Below, one piece after another: positions 13,886-25,779 of a DNA stretch of 64,000 bases (position 1 is the stretch's first letter; every line of letters starts with the position of its first letter). The translations under genes were made by a program, and so were the position numbers. Source of the DNA: Isurus oxyrinchus (taxonomy: Eukaryota); NCBI GenBank assembly GCA_026770705.1, contig JANJGN010000052.1, forward strand, positions 3,038,001-3,102,000, given 5' to 3'. Under the pieces are notes generated by a model. It did no database searches, was not told where the DNA came from, and saw only the letters and a list, made by a program, of their open reading frames with translations.

Positions 13886-14735
13886 TCCCTATCTCTGTAA
13901 CCTCCTCCAGCCCGTACAACCCTCCCTATCTCTGTAAATTCCTCCAGCCCCTACAACCCTCCCTATCTCTGTAACCTCCTCCAGCCGCTACAACCCTCCC
14001 TATCTCTGTAACCTCCTCCAGCCCCTACACCCCTCCCTATATCTGTAACCTCCTCCAGTCCCTACAACAATCCCCATCTCTGTAACTTCCTCCAGCCCCT
14101 ACAACTGTCCCTATCTCTGTTACCTCCTCCAGCCCCTACAACACTCCCTATCTCCGTAACCTCCTCCAGCCCCTACAACCCTCCCTATCTCTGTAACCTC
14201 CTCCAGCCCCTATAAACCTCCCTATCTCTGTAACCTCCCCCAGGCCCCACAACCCTCATGATCACTGTAACCTCCTCTAGACCCTACAACCCTCCCTATC
14301 TCTGTAACCTCCTCCAGACCCTACAACCCTCCCTATCTCTGTAACCTCCTCCAGGCCCCACGACCCTCAGAATCACTGTAACCTCCTCCAGCCCCTACAA
14401 TGCTCATGAACTCTATAACGTCCTCTCCACACTATAACTCTCCCTATCTCTGTAACCTACTGTGGCCCCTACAGCAGTATCTATTTTGGTAACCTCCTCC
14501 AGCCTCTACAACCCTCCTTACCTCTGTAACCTCCTCCAGCCCCCACAACCCCCCCCATCTCATTAACCTCCTACAGCCCCTACTCACCTCCCTATCTCTG
14601 TAACCTCCTACAGCCCCTACAACCTTCCCTATCTCTGTCACCTCCTACAGCCTCTAGAACCCTCCCTATCTCTGTTACCTCCTACAGCCTCTACAACCCT
14701 CCCTATCTCTGTAACCTCCTCCAGCCGGAACAACC
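13886..14735 (+). repeat. ~34-bp minisatellite (ccctatctctgtaacctcctccagcccctacaac)n, probably amplified from an L2-like LINE 3' segment
   Basis: About 25 tandem units preceded by LINE-like 'attctcattcttgttttcaaatccctcc'. Confidence 0.85.
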
Positions 14736-14802
14736 CTACCTAAATCTCTGGTCTGAGTCTCACTCCAGGGAATTCAGTCCCATAACGTCGGTCAACACTC
14801 CG

Positions 14803-15143
14803 TGCTGAGGGAGTGCTGCACTGTCACAGGGTCAGTAGTGTGGAAGTGTTGCACTATTGGAGGGACAGTACTGAGTGAGTGCTATACTGTCGGAGGTCAG
14901 TACTGAGGGAGTGCTGCTGTGTCGGAGGGTCAGTACTGAGGGAGCGCTGCACTGACGGAGGGACAATACTGTGGGAGTGCAGCACTATCGAAGGGTTAGT
15001 ACTGAGGGAGTGCTGCTGTGTCGAAGGGTTAGTACTGAAATAGAGCTGCACTGACGGAGGGACAGTACTGAGGGAGCGCAGCACTATCGAAGGGTTAATA
15101 CTAAGGGAGTGCTGCAGTGTCAAAGGGTTAGTACTGAGGGAGC
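14803..15143 (-). repeat. 33-bp minisatellite array
   Basis: gagggtcagtactgagggagtgctgcactgtc units. Confidence 0.85.
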
Positions 15144-15556
15144 ACAACAATGTTGAATGAGACATTAAACCGAGTCCCCCGTCTGCCCTCTCGGGCGGGT
15201 GTGAAAGATCCCACAGCCACTATTTGGAGGAAGAGCAGGGGGTGTTCTCCCCGGTGTCCTGGGACCAATATTTATCCCTCACCCAACATCACCAAAAACA
15301 GATGATCTAGGCCATGATCACATTGCTATTTGTGGGATCTTGCTGTGCACAAATCAGCTGCCACATTTCCTACAGTGTGAGTGCACTTCAAAAACATCCT
15401 TCAGTGGCTGTGAAATGCTTTGGGATGTGGTGAAAGGCGTTAGAGAAATGCAAGTCTGTCCTCCTCCCCCTCTCTCTCCTGTACCTCTCTCTCTCTCTCT
15501 CCCTCTCCCTCAATCCTCCTCTCACTTTCTCCCTGATAAATTCTTTCTTTTTGCAA

Positions 15557-15613
15557 GTTGACACTGCTTTAGGTTCTTCGACGATTGAGAAATCTGTGGA
15601 TTCCCCGGACACG
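15557..15613 (+). pseudogene. Candidate decayed second exon (VDTALGSSTIEKSVDSPDT, phase 0-0) of the 13.6-kb gene
   Basis: Strong polypyrimidine tract, acceptor reads CAA instead of CAG, 57 nt open, ACG|GTAGGT donor. Confidence 0.3.
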
Positions 15614-17152
15614 GTAGGTGGAAATTCATTCCTTATTTTAAGGTTTCTCCCTGCTCGTTTCTTCCACAGAAAGTTTTCTGATTTCAAGCTGATTTCAGTG
15701 GCAGTCTGTCTCGGTTATACTCAGGAGGCATGTTTGAAATCGAGCCCCCCCCCCCCCCCCGCCCAACTTTTTTGCAAAGCTGGGAAGAGGCAATTCCAAG
15801 GAAGTGAACATATCCCCACAGGAATTTTAAATGTAACCCACGCCGGGAATAGTGAGAGGGAGACTGATCCAGCCTGGGAGTGGGTTAAAGAGAGGCTGGG
15901 AGTCGAGAGTCGGAGAGAGGGATGGAATGGGGGAGGGAGGGATTGGAAGAGAGAGACAGAGAGTGGGACGGGGAGGGGTGAAAGGGAAAGAACATGGGTG
16001 GGAGAGAGTGACAGAGGGAGAAATTAAAGAGATGCAGAGTGAGGGAAAGTGAAAAGAGAAGAGAGATTGTCCAAGAGAGAGAAATTAACAGGAAAGGGAG
16101 AGTTACAGAGTGAGCGAAAGGTACAAAAATAGTGTGAGAGAGAGGGAGAGATACAGAGTGGGAGAAGGAGACAGGGGAGAGAGAGGGAGAGAGACAGGAA
16201 AAGGGAGAGAGGAGAGAAAGATTGGGAGAGAGGGCAGTTGAGAGGAAGAGTAGGAGAGAGAGAGACAGGGAGAGGAGGAGTGGATGAGAGGAAGAGAGAG
16301 AGAGATATGGAGCAGGAGAACACCTCCTCCGGTCCCGATGTTCCTCCAAAATCTCTGACATTACTGCATCTCCCGGGTCCCCCTGATTCCCAACGCTCCA
16401 CCATTGGTGGCCGTGCCTTCAGCTGCCTGGGGCCCTGAGCTCCGGAATACCCTCCCTTAACCTCTCTGCCTCTCTCTCTCTCTCTCCTTTAAGATGCTCC
16501 TTAAAAACTGACATCTTTGACCAAGCTTTTGGTCACCTAACCCTAATATCTCCATATGTGACTCAGTGTTAGACTTCTCTCTGATTTACGCTCCGGTAAT
16601 GTGGGCTGGGACATTTTGCAATATCAGAGGCGCTGTGTAAATGCAAGTTGTGAGTGTTATGTGGAAGGGAGACCCCAGGCGGCAGTCAGTGCCAGAGACT
16701 GGAGTCATTGTGTGCAGACCGTATCTAATCTCTCCGAATGCACAATCGGTTTGACTGTCAGCCAAAGCACTTTTGATATTTGATCCTTCTAACTGTTTAT
16801 AACCAGGCCTACATCAAACACCGAGAGGCTGGTTAATCAACAGACACCTTAGAGGATCAAGTGAAAGACAAAGAGGACTTGCATTTCTCTAGCGCCTTCC
16901 AACACATCAGGACGTCCCAATGTGTTTCGCAGACAATCAAGTGCTTTTTTTCTTTCATGTGAGGTCACTGATGTACTGTGGGAAAAGAATCAGCCATTGG
17001 CGCACAGTAAGATCCCACAGACAGCAGCATGATAATGACCAGCGCGCTCCCAGTACTTGCACTGCAAGTGTCAGTTCAGGATGTGTGCTCGATTCTCTGC
17101 AACTCTCAGCTCTGAGTTAAAAGGACCACCAGGCATAATTGAGAAATTACCG

Positions 17153-17570
17153 AGCTGTCGGAGGGTCAGTACCGGCGGGGGGGCAGGACAGTCGGAGGGT
17201 CAGTACTGAGGGGGTGCTGCATTGTCAGACGGTCAGTCTTGGAGTGCTGCACTGTCAGAGGGTCAGTACCGGCGGGGGACTGCACAGTCGGAGGGTCAGT
17301 ACTGAGGGGGTGCTGCATTGTCAGACGGTCAGTACTGAGGGAGTGCTGCACTGTCAGAGGGTCAGGGCTAAGGGAGTGCTGCACTGATGGAGGGTCAGTA
17401 CTGAGTGAGTGCTGCACTGTCAGAGGGTCAGTGCTAAGGGAGTGCTGCACTGTTGGAGGGTCAGTGCTAAGGAAGTGCTGCACTGTACAGAGGGAGTGTG
17501 AGACTGACAGAGGGTCACTATTGAGGATGTGCTGCACAGTCGGGGGGGTCAGTACTGAGGGAGCACTGCA
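17153..17570 (-). repeat. 33-bp minisatellite array
   Basis: Tandem units immediately upstream of the orphan tail exon, as in the gene A last intron. Confidence 0.85.
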
Positions 17571-17718
17571 CTGCCATAGGTGGTTTCTTTCAGATGACAT
17601 GAGAGAGAGGGTTAAACCCACTGAGACAAGACTGACACTAGCGAGGCTGCTCAATAATTTAACCCTATCAGTGCCAGTAAATAATGTGAGGATGTCTTCT
17701 GTTTCCATTTCTCTGTAG

Positions 17719-17967
17719 GGTAAACAGAACGTGCTGATTACTGAGCCCCGGAACACAACCAGAGACACAACTAGTGAGGGGGAGACCCCAGCTCCCCGGG
17801 GTCTCTCTGAAGGTGCATTGGGAGGCGATGCTGGACATTGGCACATCGACAATCCCAACGGCCTTCTCTAAGCCAATCCCCAAGTATTGAGGATGTCCAG
17901 TGATGATGGGTCTGTCCACAGGGAAGAGGAGACGGAATACGCACAGATCAGGTTCGAGCATAACTGA
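17719..17967 (+). pseudogene. Orphan copy of the Siglec-like terminal cytoplasmic exon with a premature stop at the ITIM tyrosine
   Basis: ctgtag acceptor; 249 nt collinear with 35797-36045; TAC to TAA at 17869-17871. Confidence 0.85.
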
Positions 17968-18164
17968 ATGAGAAATGGGGAGTGGGAGTGAGGAGGTGTG
18001 AGGGTGGGGGTAGTGATTGAGATTCCTGGGAACAGGAAACAACCCACTGGGGGAGAGGGGGAGAGAGGGAGGAAGGGATGCGATTGGGCTGCGGTTGCTG
18101 TGGTTTGGAATGAAATGCTTCTCCAGAGAGGACTGGATGCTGAGCCACTGGGGATAGAGATTCA

Positions 18165-18209
<45 letters not shown>

Positions 18210-18559
18210 TCTTTGTCTTTCTTTCTGTGTCTGTCACTCATTCTCTATCTCCAGCTCCTCCTTTAAGATGCCCGTTAATAACTGACTTTGTTGACTCAGC
18301 TGTTGGTCTCCTGTCCCTTATATCTCCTCATGTGCCTCAGAGTCAGGTGAAGATGTGACTAACAATTCCCGGATGAGCCTTGGGACATTTTGCTACATTA
18401 AAGGTCCTATATAAATGCAAGTAGTTGCAGTAAGTCTGATCTGCTTCGATTAACAATGGAACCACAAAGGCTCCTTCGACAGGGCGTGTGTGCAGGAGGA
18501 TCCCAATAAATACATTGAGCTGTGAGATTTTTAATTCTTACATCGAATGTGGCTGTCAC

Positions 18560-18995
18560 TGGTGATGCCAGCATTAATGCCCATCCCTAATTGCCCTTGA
18601 GAAGGTGGTGGTGATCAGCCTTCTTGACCCGCTGCAGTCCATGTGGTGTAGGTACACCCACAGTGCTGTTAGGGAGGGAGTTCCAGGATTTTGACCCAGT
18701 GACAGTGAAGGAACGATGATATATTTCCAAGTCAGGATGGTGAGTGGCTTGGAGGGGAACTTCCAGGTGGTGGTGTTCCCATGTGTCTGCTGCCCTTGTC
18801 CTTCTAGATGGTAGAGGTCGTGGGTTTGGAAGGTGCTGTTGAAGGAGCCTTGCTGAGTTGCTGCAGTGCATCTTGTAGATGGTACACACACTGCTTCCAC
18901 TGTGTGTTCGTTGTGGAGGGAGTGAATGTTTAATGTGGGGGATGGGGTGTAGATCAATCGGGCTGCTTTGTCCTGGATGGTGTCAAGCTTCTTGA
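18560..18995 (-). mobile_element. CR1-like LINE 3' fragment
   Basis: CTIYKMHCSNSARLLQQHLPNPRP...SKSWNSLPNSTV on the - strand; same family as 1800-2160. Confidence 0.8.
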
Positions 18996-19128
18996 TTCTG
19001 TGCTTTGTATAGAACTGATTTAAAGAGACAGTCCCAGTCGTTGGTCTAAGATTACAGTGGGCTCTGTGTCTGTGCTACACTGACTCTCTGCTATATGATA
19101 ACCACAGTGTGATATTGTGTTATTGCAG

Positions 19129-19210
19129 GAGAAAGACAGCGATGGAGGAGAGAGTTTCAGGGACCAGAGACATTGCATTGACCCCCAGTCCACTCTCTGT
19201 GAAGCACCAG
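19129..19210 (+). CDS. Orphan cytoplasmic exon 1 (phase 2-0), RKTAMEERVSGTRDIALTPSPLSVKHQ
   Basis: Intact tgcag/gtacag sites; 82 nt; paralog of 34202-34283; no TM exon found upstream in the window. Confidence 0.7.
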
Positions 19211-19345
19211 GTACAGGAGCTGTTTACACTCACTCCAAAGCTTCTATCTCAGTGTGTAGACAACACGTGTCCCAGATTCCCAGCCCAGTTACCCACTGAT
19301 TTGTACCTGTGGAGTCAGCAATGGTTCAGTATCATGCTGTCTCTC

Positions 19346-20103
19346 TGTTATGACACAGCAACTGGTAAAGGCTGTTGTTTAAAATCCCAGAGGGAAACTT
19401 TAAACAACTGTCATAACCTATATTTCCCAGTGGAATGTTTGAGATGCAGCTCTAAATTCAGGAATAAGACCATCAGTTCTTGAGATGGGTTTATATCAAA
19501 CTACATGAGACATTTATTAATTTTCACAAGTTAATCATATGCACATGGCTACAAACTAGTATTATCATAACTATTTAACAAATTCCCAAACTAACGTCCT
19601 CTAAGACAACCCATAGACTTTAAGCAGATTCCAAGCGAAGCATTTTCACCTCAGAAATTCCAAATGAGGTTCCTTTCACTTTGGTTCCTTTGCAGACAGG
19701 TGTAGGCTTACAGCTGCTTTGATGTTACAAGCCTCTGCTCTGCACACACAAAACTGCTCAAGTTATACCCAGTGCTTCTCTTTCAATGTAAATTCTCATT
19801 GTATCATCAGGACCTTTGATCTCCATCTCTTCTAACTATAAATCCCGTTTCATAGTATCAATTTTATTAGTAATATAAACATTGATTGGTTTAAGAATTC
19901 ACTCCCAGGCTTTGAATCCTCCTTTTAAAAATGCAATATGCCTCTTTACCTCTTTGTTTACATCTCAAAACTACTATACATAAAAGTACCCAGACCGGCT
20001 GTCTTTAATCCAATTAAAACACACACACACACACCCACAGACTAAACCTCTGTTTAAAAAGACAATTTCCAATTACAATACATACATTAATAGATTCATA
20101 ACG
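19346..20103. mobile_element. Solo-LTR-like insertion (TGTTATGA...TTCATAAC)
   Basis: Inverted terminal octamers; absent from the paralogous gene A intron at about 34415. Confidence 0.65.
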
Positions 20104-20231
20104 CTCAGTCTCTGACCCTTCATCTCTCTCTCTCTCTCTCATCCTCTCTCTGATTACAAGATTCATGTTATTGAGCCTCACACCAGGCACCTGAGTGCAG
20201 AATCCAAGCCGACACTCGCCAGAGCCATTAC

Positions 20232-20512
20232 CGAGGGAGTGCGAGACTGACAGAGGGTCAGTACTGAGGGAGTGCTGCACTGTCAGAGGGTCAGTACTGA
20301 GGGAGTGCTGCACTGTCAGAGGGTCAGTACTGAGGAAGACCTGTACTGTCGGAGGGTCAGTACTGAGGGAGTGCTGCACTGCTGGAGGGTCAGTACTGAG
20401 GGAGCGCTGCACTGTCGGAGGGTCAGTACTGAGGGAGTGCTGCACTGTTGGATGGTCAGCATTGAGGAAGTGCTGCACTATCGAAGGGTCAGTACTGAGG
20501 GAGCACTGCACT
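20232..20512 (-). repeat. 33-bp minisatellite array
   Basis: Tandem units. Confidence 0.85.
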
Positions 20513-20658
20513 GCCATAGGTGTTTTCTTTCATAAGACATGTGAGAGAGGGTTAAACCCACTGACCCACGACTGACACTAACGAGGCTGCAGAATATTTT
20601 AACCCTATCAGTGCCAGTAATTGATGTGAGGATGCCTTCTGTTTCCATTTCTCTGTAG

Positions 20659-20907
20659 GGTAAACAGAACGTGCTGATTACTGAGCCCCGGAACACAACC
20701 AGAGACACAACTAGCGAGGGGGAGACCCCAGCTCCCCGGGGTGTCTCTGAATGTGCAGTGGGAGGCGATGCTGGACATGGGAACCCTGACAATCCCGACG
20801 AGCTTCTCTACGCCAATCCCCAAGTCTTCAGGGTGCCCAGTGGTGATGGGTCTGTCCACAGGGAAGAGCAGACGGAATACGCACAGATCAGATTCAAGAG
20901 AAACTGA
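20659..20907 (+). CDS. Orphan terminal cytoplasmic exon, open, with degenerate ITIM (LLYANP) and retained TEYAQI
   Basis: ctgtag acceptor; 249 nt to TGA; paralog of 35797-36045. Confidence 0.7.
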   Translation, partial: GKQNVLITEPRNTTRDTTSEGETPAPRGVSECAVGGDAGHGNPDNPDELLYANPQVFRVPSGDGSVHREEQTEYAQIRFKRN

Positions 20908-22049
20908 GCGTGAAAAAGGCAGAGGTGGTCAGGAGGTTTGTGGATGGTGGCAGGGATGAAGATTCTTGGGAACATGAGACAACCCACTGGGGGAGAGGGG
21001 GAGAGAGGGAGGAAGGGACTGAATGGGTCTGTGGTTGGTGTGGTTTGGAATGAAATGTTTCCCCAGTGACGACTTGATGCTGAGTCATTGGGGACAGAGA
21101 TTCAGTNNNNNNNNNNNNNNNNNNNNNNNNNNNNNNNNNNNNNNNNNNNNNNNNNNNNNNNNNNNNNNNNNNNNNNNNNNNNNNNNNNNNNNNNNNNNNN
21201 NNNNNNNNNNNNNNNNNNNNNNNNNNNNNNNNNNNNNNNNNNNNNNNNNNNNNNNNNNNNNNNNNNNNNNNNNNNNNNNNNNNNNNATTAACTGGCTTTG
21301 TGAAATCAGCTTTTTGTCACCTGTCCCTAATACCTCATTATGTGTCTCTGAGATGGATTTATATGTAGGTAACAATCCCCTGAAGAGATTTGGGACAGTT
21401 TGTTACATTAAGTGTGCCATATAAATGCAAGTTGTTGCAGGAAAGTTGATTTGCCTCGATTCAGAATGGTAATTCGGAGGGTCCATCGACAGGGCGTGTG
21501 TGCAACAGCCTCGCAATAAATGCATTGCACGGCAACAACTAAGCATGTCCTTTGATGCTGATGCATCCCAGTACTGCTGTGTGGACACATCACAACCGAG
21601 GGACTGCCTGACTGCGTGCAGCCAACATGGCCGAATAGTAATTAGCAGAAATGTGATGTTACTGAACCTTGTTGACATTTCAGAAAGTGCTTTCTGAATT
21701 CTGCAACTTGTTTATTCTGTGATGGATTACAAGAAGCCTTTGCATTTTCTATAATATTACATTTATTGTCACAAGGGATTGAAATGCCCAGACACCACCA
21801 CCTGGAAGTTCGCCTCCAAGACACACATCATCCTGATTTTGAAATATATCGCCATTCCTTCACTGCCACTAGGGTCAAAATCTTGGACTTCCTTCTCTAA
21901 CTGCATTGTGGGTGTACCTACACCACATGGAGTGCAGAGGTTCAGGAAGGCAGCTCACCACCACCTTCTCAAGGTAATTAGGGATGGGCCATAAATGCTG
22001 GCCTAGCCAGTGATGCCCACTTCCCATGGAAGAATGAATATATAAAATA

Positions 22050-24990
22050 TAAAGTTGGAACAAATGAATGAAGTTATAGCACAAATAGAGATTAATGGGT
22101 ACGATAAGATGGACACTGCAGAGAGTTGGTTGCAAAGTGACCAAGGTTGGAAATTGAAAATTGAAGGATATTTGGAATCTTTGAAAGGATAGGAAAAATG
22201 AAAAGGAGGTGGGGTAGCTCTCTTAATAAAAGATGAGACCTGTAAAGTAGTGAGAAATGATTTTGGCTCAGATGTCAAGATGCACAGTCAGTTTGGGTGA
22301 ACATAAGGAATTGCAAGGGAAAGAAATCACTGGTGGGTTGGTTTATACTCTCCCCTGAATGTAGTTACACTGCAGGGATAGATTATAAATCAATACATGA
22401 GGAGGTTTATGAGAAAGGCACCACATTAATCATGGGAGTTTTCAATCGTCATATGGATTAGCCAAATCAGATTAGCAAATGTAGCTTTCAGCGAGGTTAT
22501 ACAGATTGTATTCAGGACAGTATTTTTGAACAATCCAACATGGAACAAACCAGGGAAGAGGCTGTTTTAGTCCTGGCAATGTTTAATGAGACAAGACTAA
22601 TTAACATCTCATTGTAAAGGACCCTCAAGGGAAGAGTAATCATACGGTGTTGAAATTTAATATTCAGTTTAGAAACTTGGTTCTTAAGCTAGTGTCACAA
22701 ACTTAACTAAAAGCAATTACAAGGGTTAAAAGTAGAGTCGGCCCAAGTAGAGTGGGACAGCAGGTTAAAGTGGGGGGGGGGGGGGGGGTGTAGATGAGGA
22801 GTAATAGGCGTCTAAAGAGATGTTTCATAAATTCCAATGAAGATATTTTCCAGTAAGAAAGAAAGAATCTATAAGAAGGATGGATCATCGGCGGCTAACT
22901 CAGGAAGCTAAGGACGGTATCCAATTGTGAGATAAAGCCGGCAATGTTGGGATGCTGAGTGATAGGCTGGAGATTGGGAATATTTGAGAAACCAGAAAAG
23001 TGAGGGAAGAAATATAAGGAGGCAGAAATGATGATATGAGAGTAAACTAGCAAGAACCATAAACAATGACAGTGAGATGTTGTACATTAAAATAAGAGAG
23101 AAGCTCCAGTAATAATGGGACACATAGAAAATCAGACTGGGGAATTAATAATGGGAAACAAGGAAATGACAGAGACTGTCAACAAGAATTTTGTGTCTGT
23201 CTTCACAGTAAAAATCTCTAAAACCATCCCAATAGCAGGAGAAAGTCACGGTGCAACAAGGAGGGAGGAACATAAAACAATCACTATCACCAGAGAAAAA
23301 GTATTAAGAAAACTAATGAGACAAATGCTGACAAGTCCCATGGAGCAGACGGCCTGAATGTGAGGGTCTGAAAGGAAATGGCTGCAGAGACAGTGGATGC
23401 ATTGGTTGTAATCTTCCAGAATTCCTTAGATTATGGGAAGGTCCCAGTGGATTGGAAAAACATAAATAAAACACTTCTGTTCAATAAAGGGGGGAGGTAG
23501 AAAGCAAGAAACTACAGGTCAGTTAGTCTAACATCTGTCATTGGGAAAATACCAGAATTCATTATGAAGGAGGGAGCAGCAGGACATTTAGAAAACCATA
23601 ATTCAATCAGACAGAGTCAACATGGGTTTGTGAAAGGGATATCATGTTTGAAAAAATAATTAGATTTCCTCGAGGATGTAACAAGTGGATTGGATAAAGG
23701 GGAAACTGTAGATGTGGTGTATTAGGGACTATGACACAGCCAAGGGTAAAGGCTGAGTTGTTCAAATCCCAGAGGGAAAATTGAAACAACTGTCGTAACC
23801 CAATTTTGCTGATTGTAATTTCGAGATGAAGACTTTGAATTCAGTAGGAATAAGACCACCGAGGATTGTGGGTTTTTTATATAAAACTAAATAAACCATT
23901 TATTAATTTAACAACAAATTTAACACATACACATTGGCTACAAATAACTACTATAAAAACTTTTTAACAAATCCCCCAATTAATCACCCCCACGTAAATC
24001 TCTACTAAGGCAACAATGAACCATTGACATAATATAGACACCAGGCAAAGCACATTTGACATTACGAATTCTGAATGAGGTTCCTTTGCAAGTTGGTTGG
24101 AGGCTACAGGCTGGTTAGGTCTGAAATGCTCCTGCCTCACACACACAAACTCCTTCCTTTATATAGCTAGCTTTCCCTTTGAATGTAAATTTTCCATTGT
24201 ATCACTCGGACTTCTGAACTCCAGCTCTTCGAACAATAAAACCCCATTTCATAGCACCAATTTCATTAGTAAGTTCAAGAAAAAACACATCTTTTGGCTC
24301 CTTCTAACTAGGTGCAAGATTTTACCCCCAATCTGGAATGGTTTATTCAACAATTGCAAATGAACACTTTACTGTTCTCCTCACAATTCACCCAATTAAC
24401 ATCTCAAAACTACTAAACATCAAAGCACACAGACCAGCTGGCTTTAATCCAATTAAGACACACACAGACACACACCTATACATGGACCACCACTAGAATT
24501 CTATTTTAAATAATAATTTCCAAGCACATTTTACACACAAATATCTCTTCATGACATTGGATTTCCAAAAGGCATTCGATAAGGAGCCACATCAAAGGAT
24601 ACTGCACAGGGTGAAATTGGTTGGCGTTGGAGGGGATATGTTAATACGGATAGAGGACTGGCTAACTGACAGGAAACAGAGAGCCAGGATAAATGGGTGA
24701 TTTTCAGCTTGGTAAACTGTAACTAGTGGAGAGCCACAGGGATCAGTGCTGAGGCCTCAACTATTCACTATCTACATTAGTGCCTTGGATGAAGAGACTG
24801 ACTGTACTGTAGGCAGATTTTCTGACTGCATGGTGAAGATAGGTAGGAAATATATAAAACAAAAACAGAATTACCTGGAAAAACTCAGCAGGTCTGGCAG
24901 CATCAGCGGAGTAGAAAAGAATTGAGGTTTCGAGTCCTCATGACCCTTCAACTGTGAGGAGGACACAAAGGGGCTGCAGAGGGAGAATAA
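22050..24990 (+). mobile_element. Degraded CR1 LINE ORF2 (endonuclease to RT), interrupted at 23726-24556
   Basis: ESWLQSDQGWKL, NYRSVSLTSVIGK, DVVY|LDFQKAFDK and GEPQGSVLRPQLF remnants with many stops. Confidence 0.85.
23726..24556. mobile_element. Solo-LTR-like insertion splitting the CR1 RT motif VVY|LDFQKAFD
   Basis: Starts ...tatgacacagc and ends ...ttcatgaca; similar to 19346-20103. Confidence 0.65.
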
Positions 24991-25149
24991 TAGTTTCAGT
25001 GAGGGGACAAAAAAATGAGTGGTTGGAATGTAAGGAATGAAAATGTCAGGGTGTCCAGCTGATCCTATTTGTTCTGTTCTTATATTCTTATACAGACACA
25101 GGGTTTACTGACAGTGCACAGCTAAGTGCTGTTCACTCACTTTGTTCCA

Positions 25150-25289
25150 ACTTCCTCATTTTGTCTCACAGAGACACATCAACCCTTTCTCATTAAATAC
25201 ACAGAGGGAGCAGCACAGGAAGAGGTCATTCAGCCCAAGCAGAGCGTGTGGGCAGTTCCTCCCCAGGCGAGCAGTCGGACAGGTCCTGG
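25150..25289 (+). promoter_or_regulatory. Gene A presumed promoter and non-coding exon 1 (85-nt module 25205-25289)
   Basis: TGG|GTAAGT donor; ETS/PU.1-like ACTTCCTCATTTT (25150) and TTAAATA upstream; same position before all four signal-peptide exons. Confidence 0.6.
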
Positions 25290-25739
25290 GTAAGTAACGG
25301 AACGATTGGAATTCACTTCCACCACCAACACCGTCCTTTGTTGATGTTGTGACTTAATAAAGACAGATTCCAATGATTGATGCCTTTGAAAGATTTCTAC
25401 TGATTATTGAGATCTGGGTGTGAGGGTCAAGTCTGTTGTACAGAACATCTTTCTAGCTCAAGGGATGAGGGAAGTGGAGTGACATGAGATTTTGGATGCT
25501 CTGAGGTGGTGAAAGGTGCTATACAAATGCAAATCCTTCATTGTTTTTCTTCCTTAAAGCCTTGTAACTCTCTGCAGAGCACCTATCATCCCACCGTGAA
25601 TCAAATTAGTCAGTGAATACATTGTCTAAAAGGAGTTCTGATCTTTCGAGAGCTGTCGGACAAGAGGTGAGGTCTCATTAACTCCTTTCTCTTTCAGAGT
25701 TTGACAGTGAGAAGTGAATGGAATATCTGGGCGTGGACG

Positions 25740-25779
25740 ATGATCGGGAAATCTTACTTCCTCCTGTCACTTCTCCAAG
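25740..25779 (+). CDS. Gene A signal-peptide exon MIGKSYFLLSLLQ (phase 1)
   Basis: acgATG context; CAAG|GTAAT donor; joins to VGLS|QEW. Confidence 0.85.

Noticed and set aside
15670-16800. Third (mature peptide) exon for the 13.6-kb gene
   Set aside because: The acceptor at 15669 hits TGA after three codons; no polybasic site or Cys cluster found in any frame examined.
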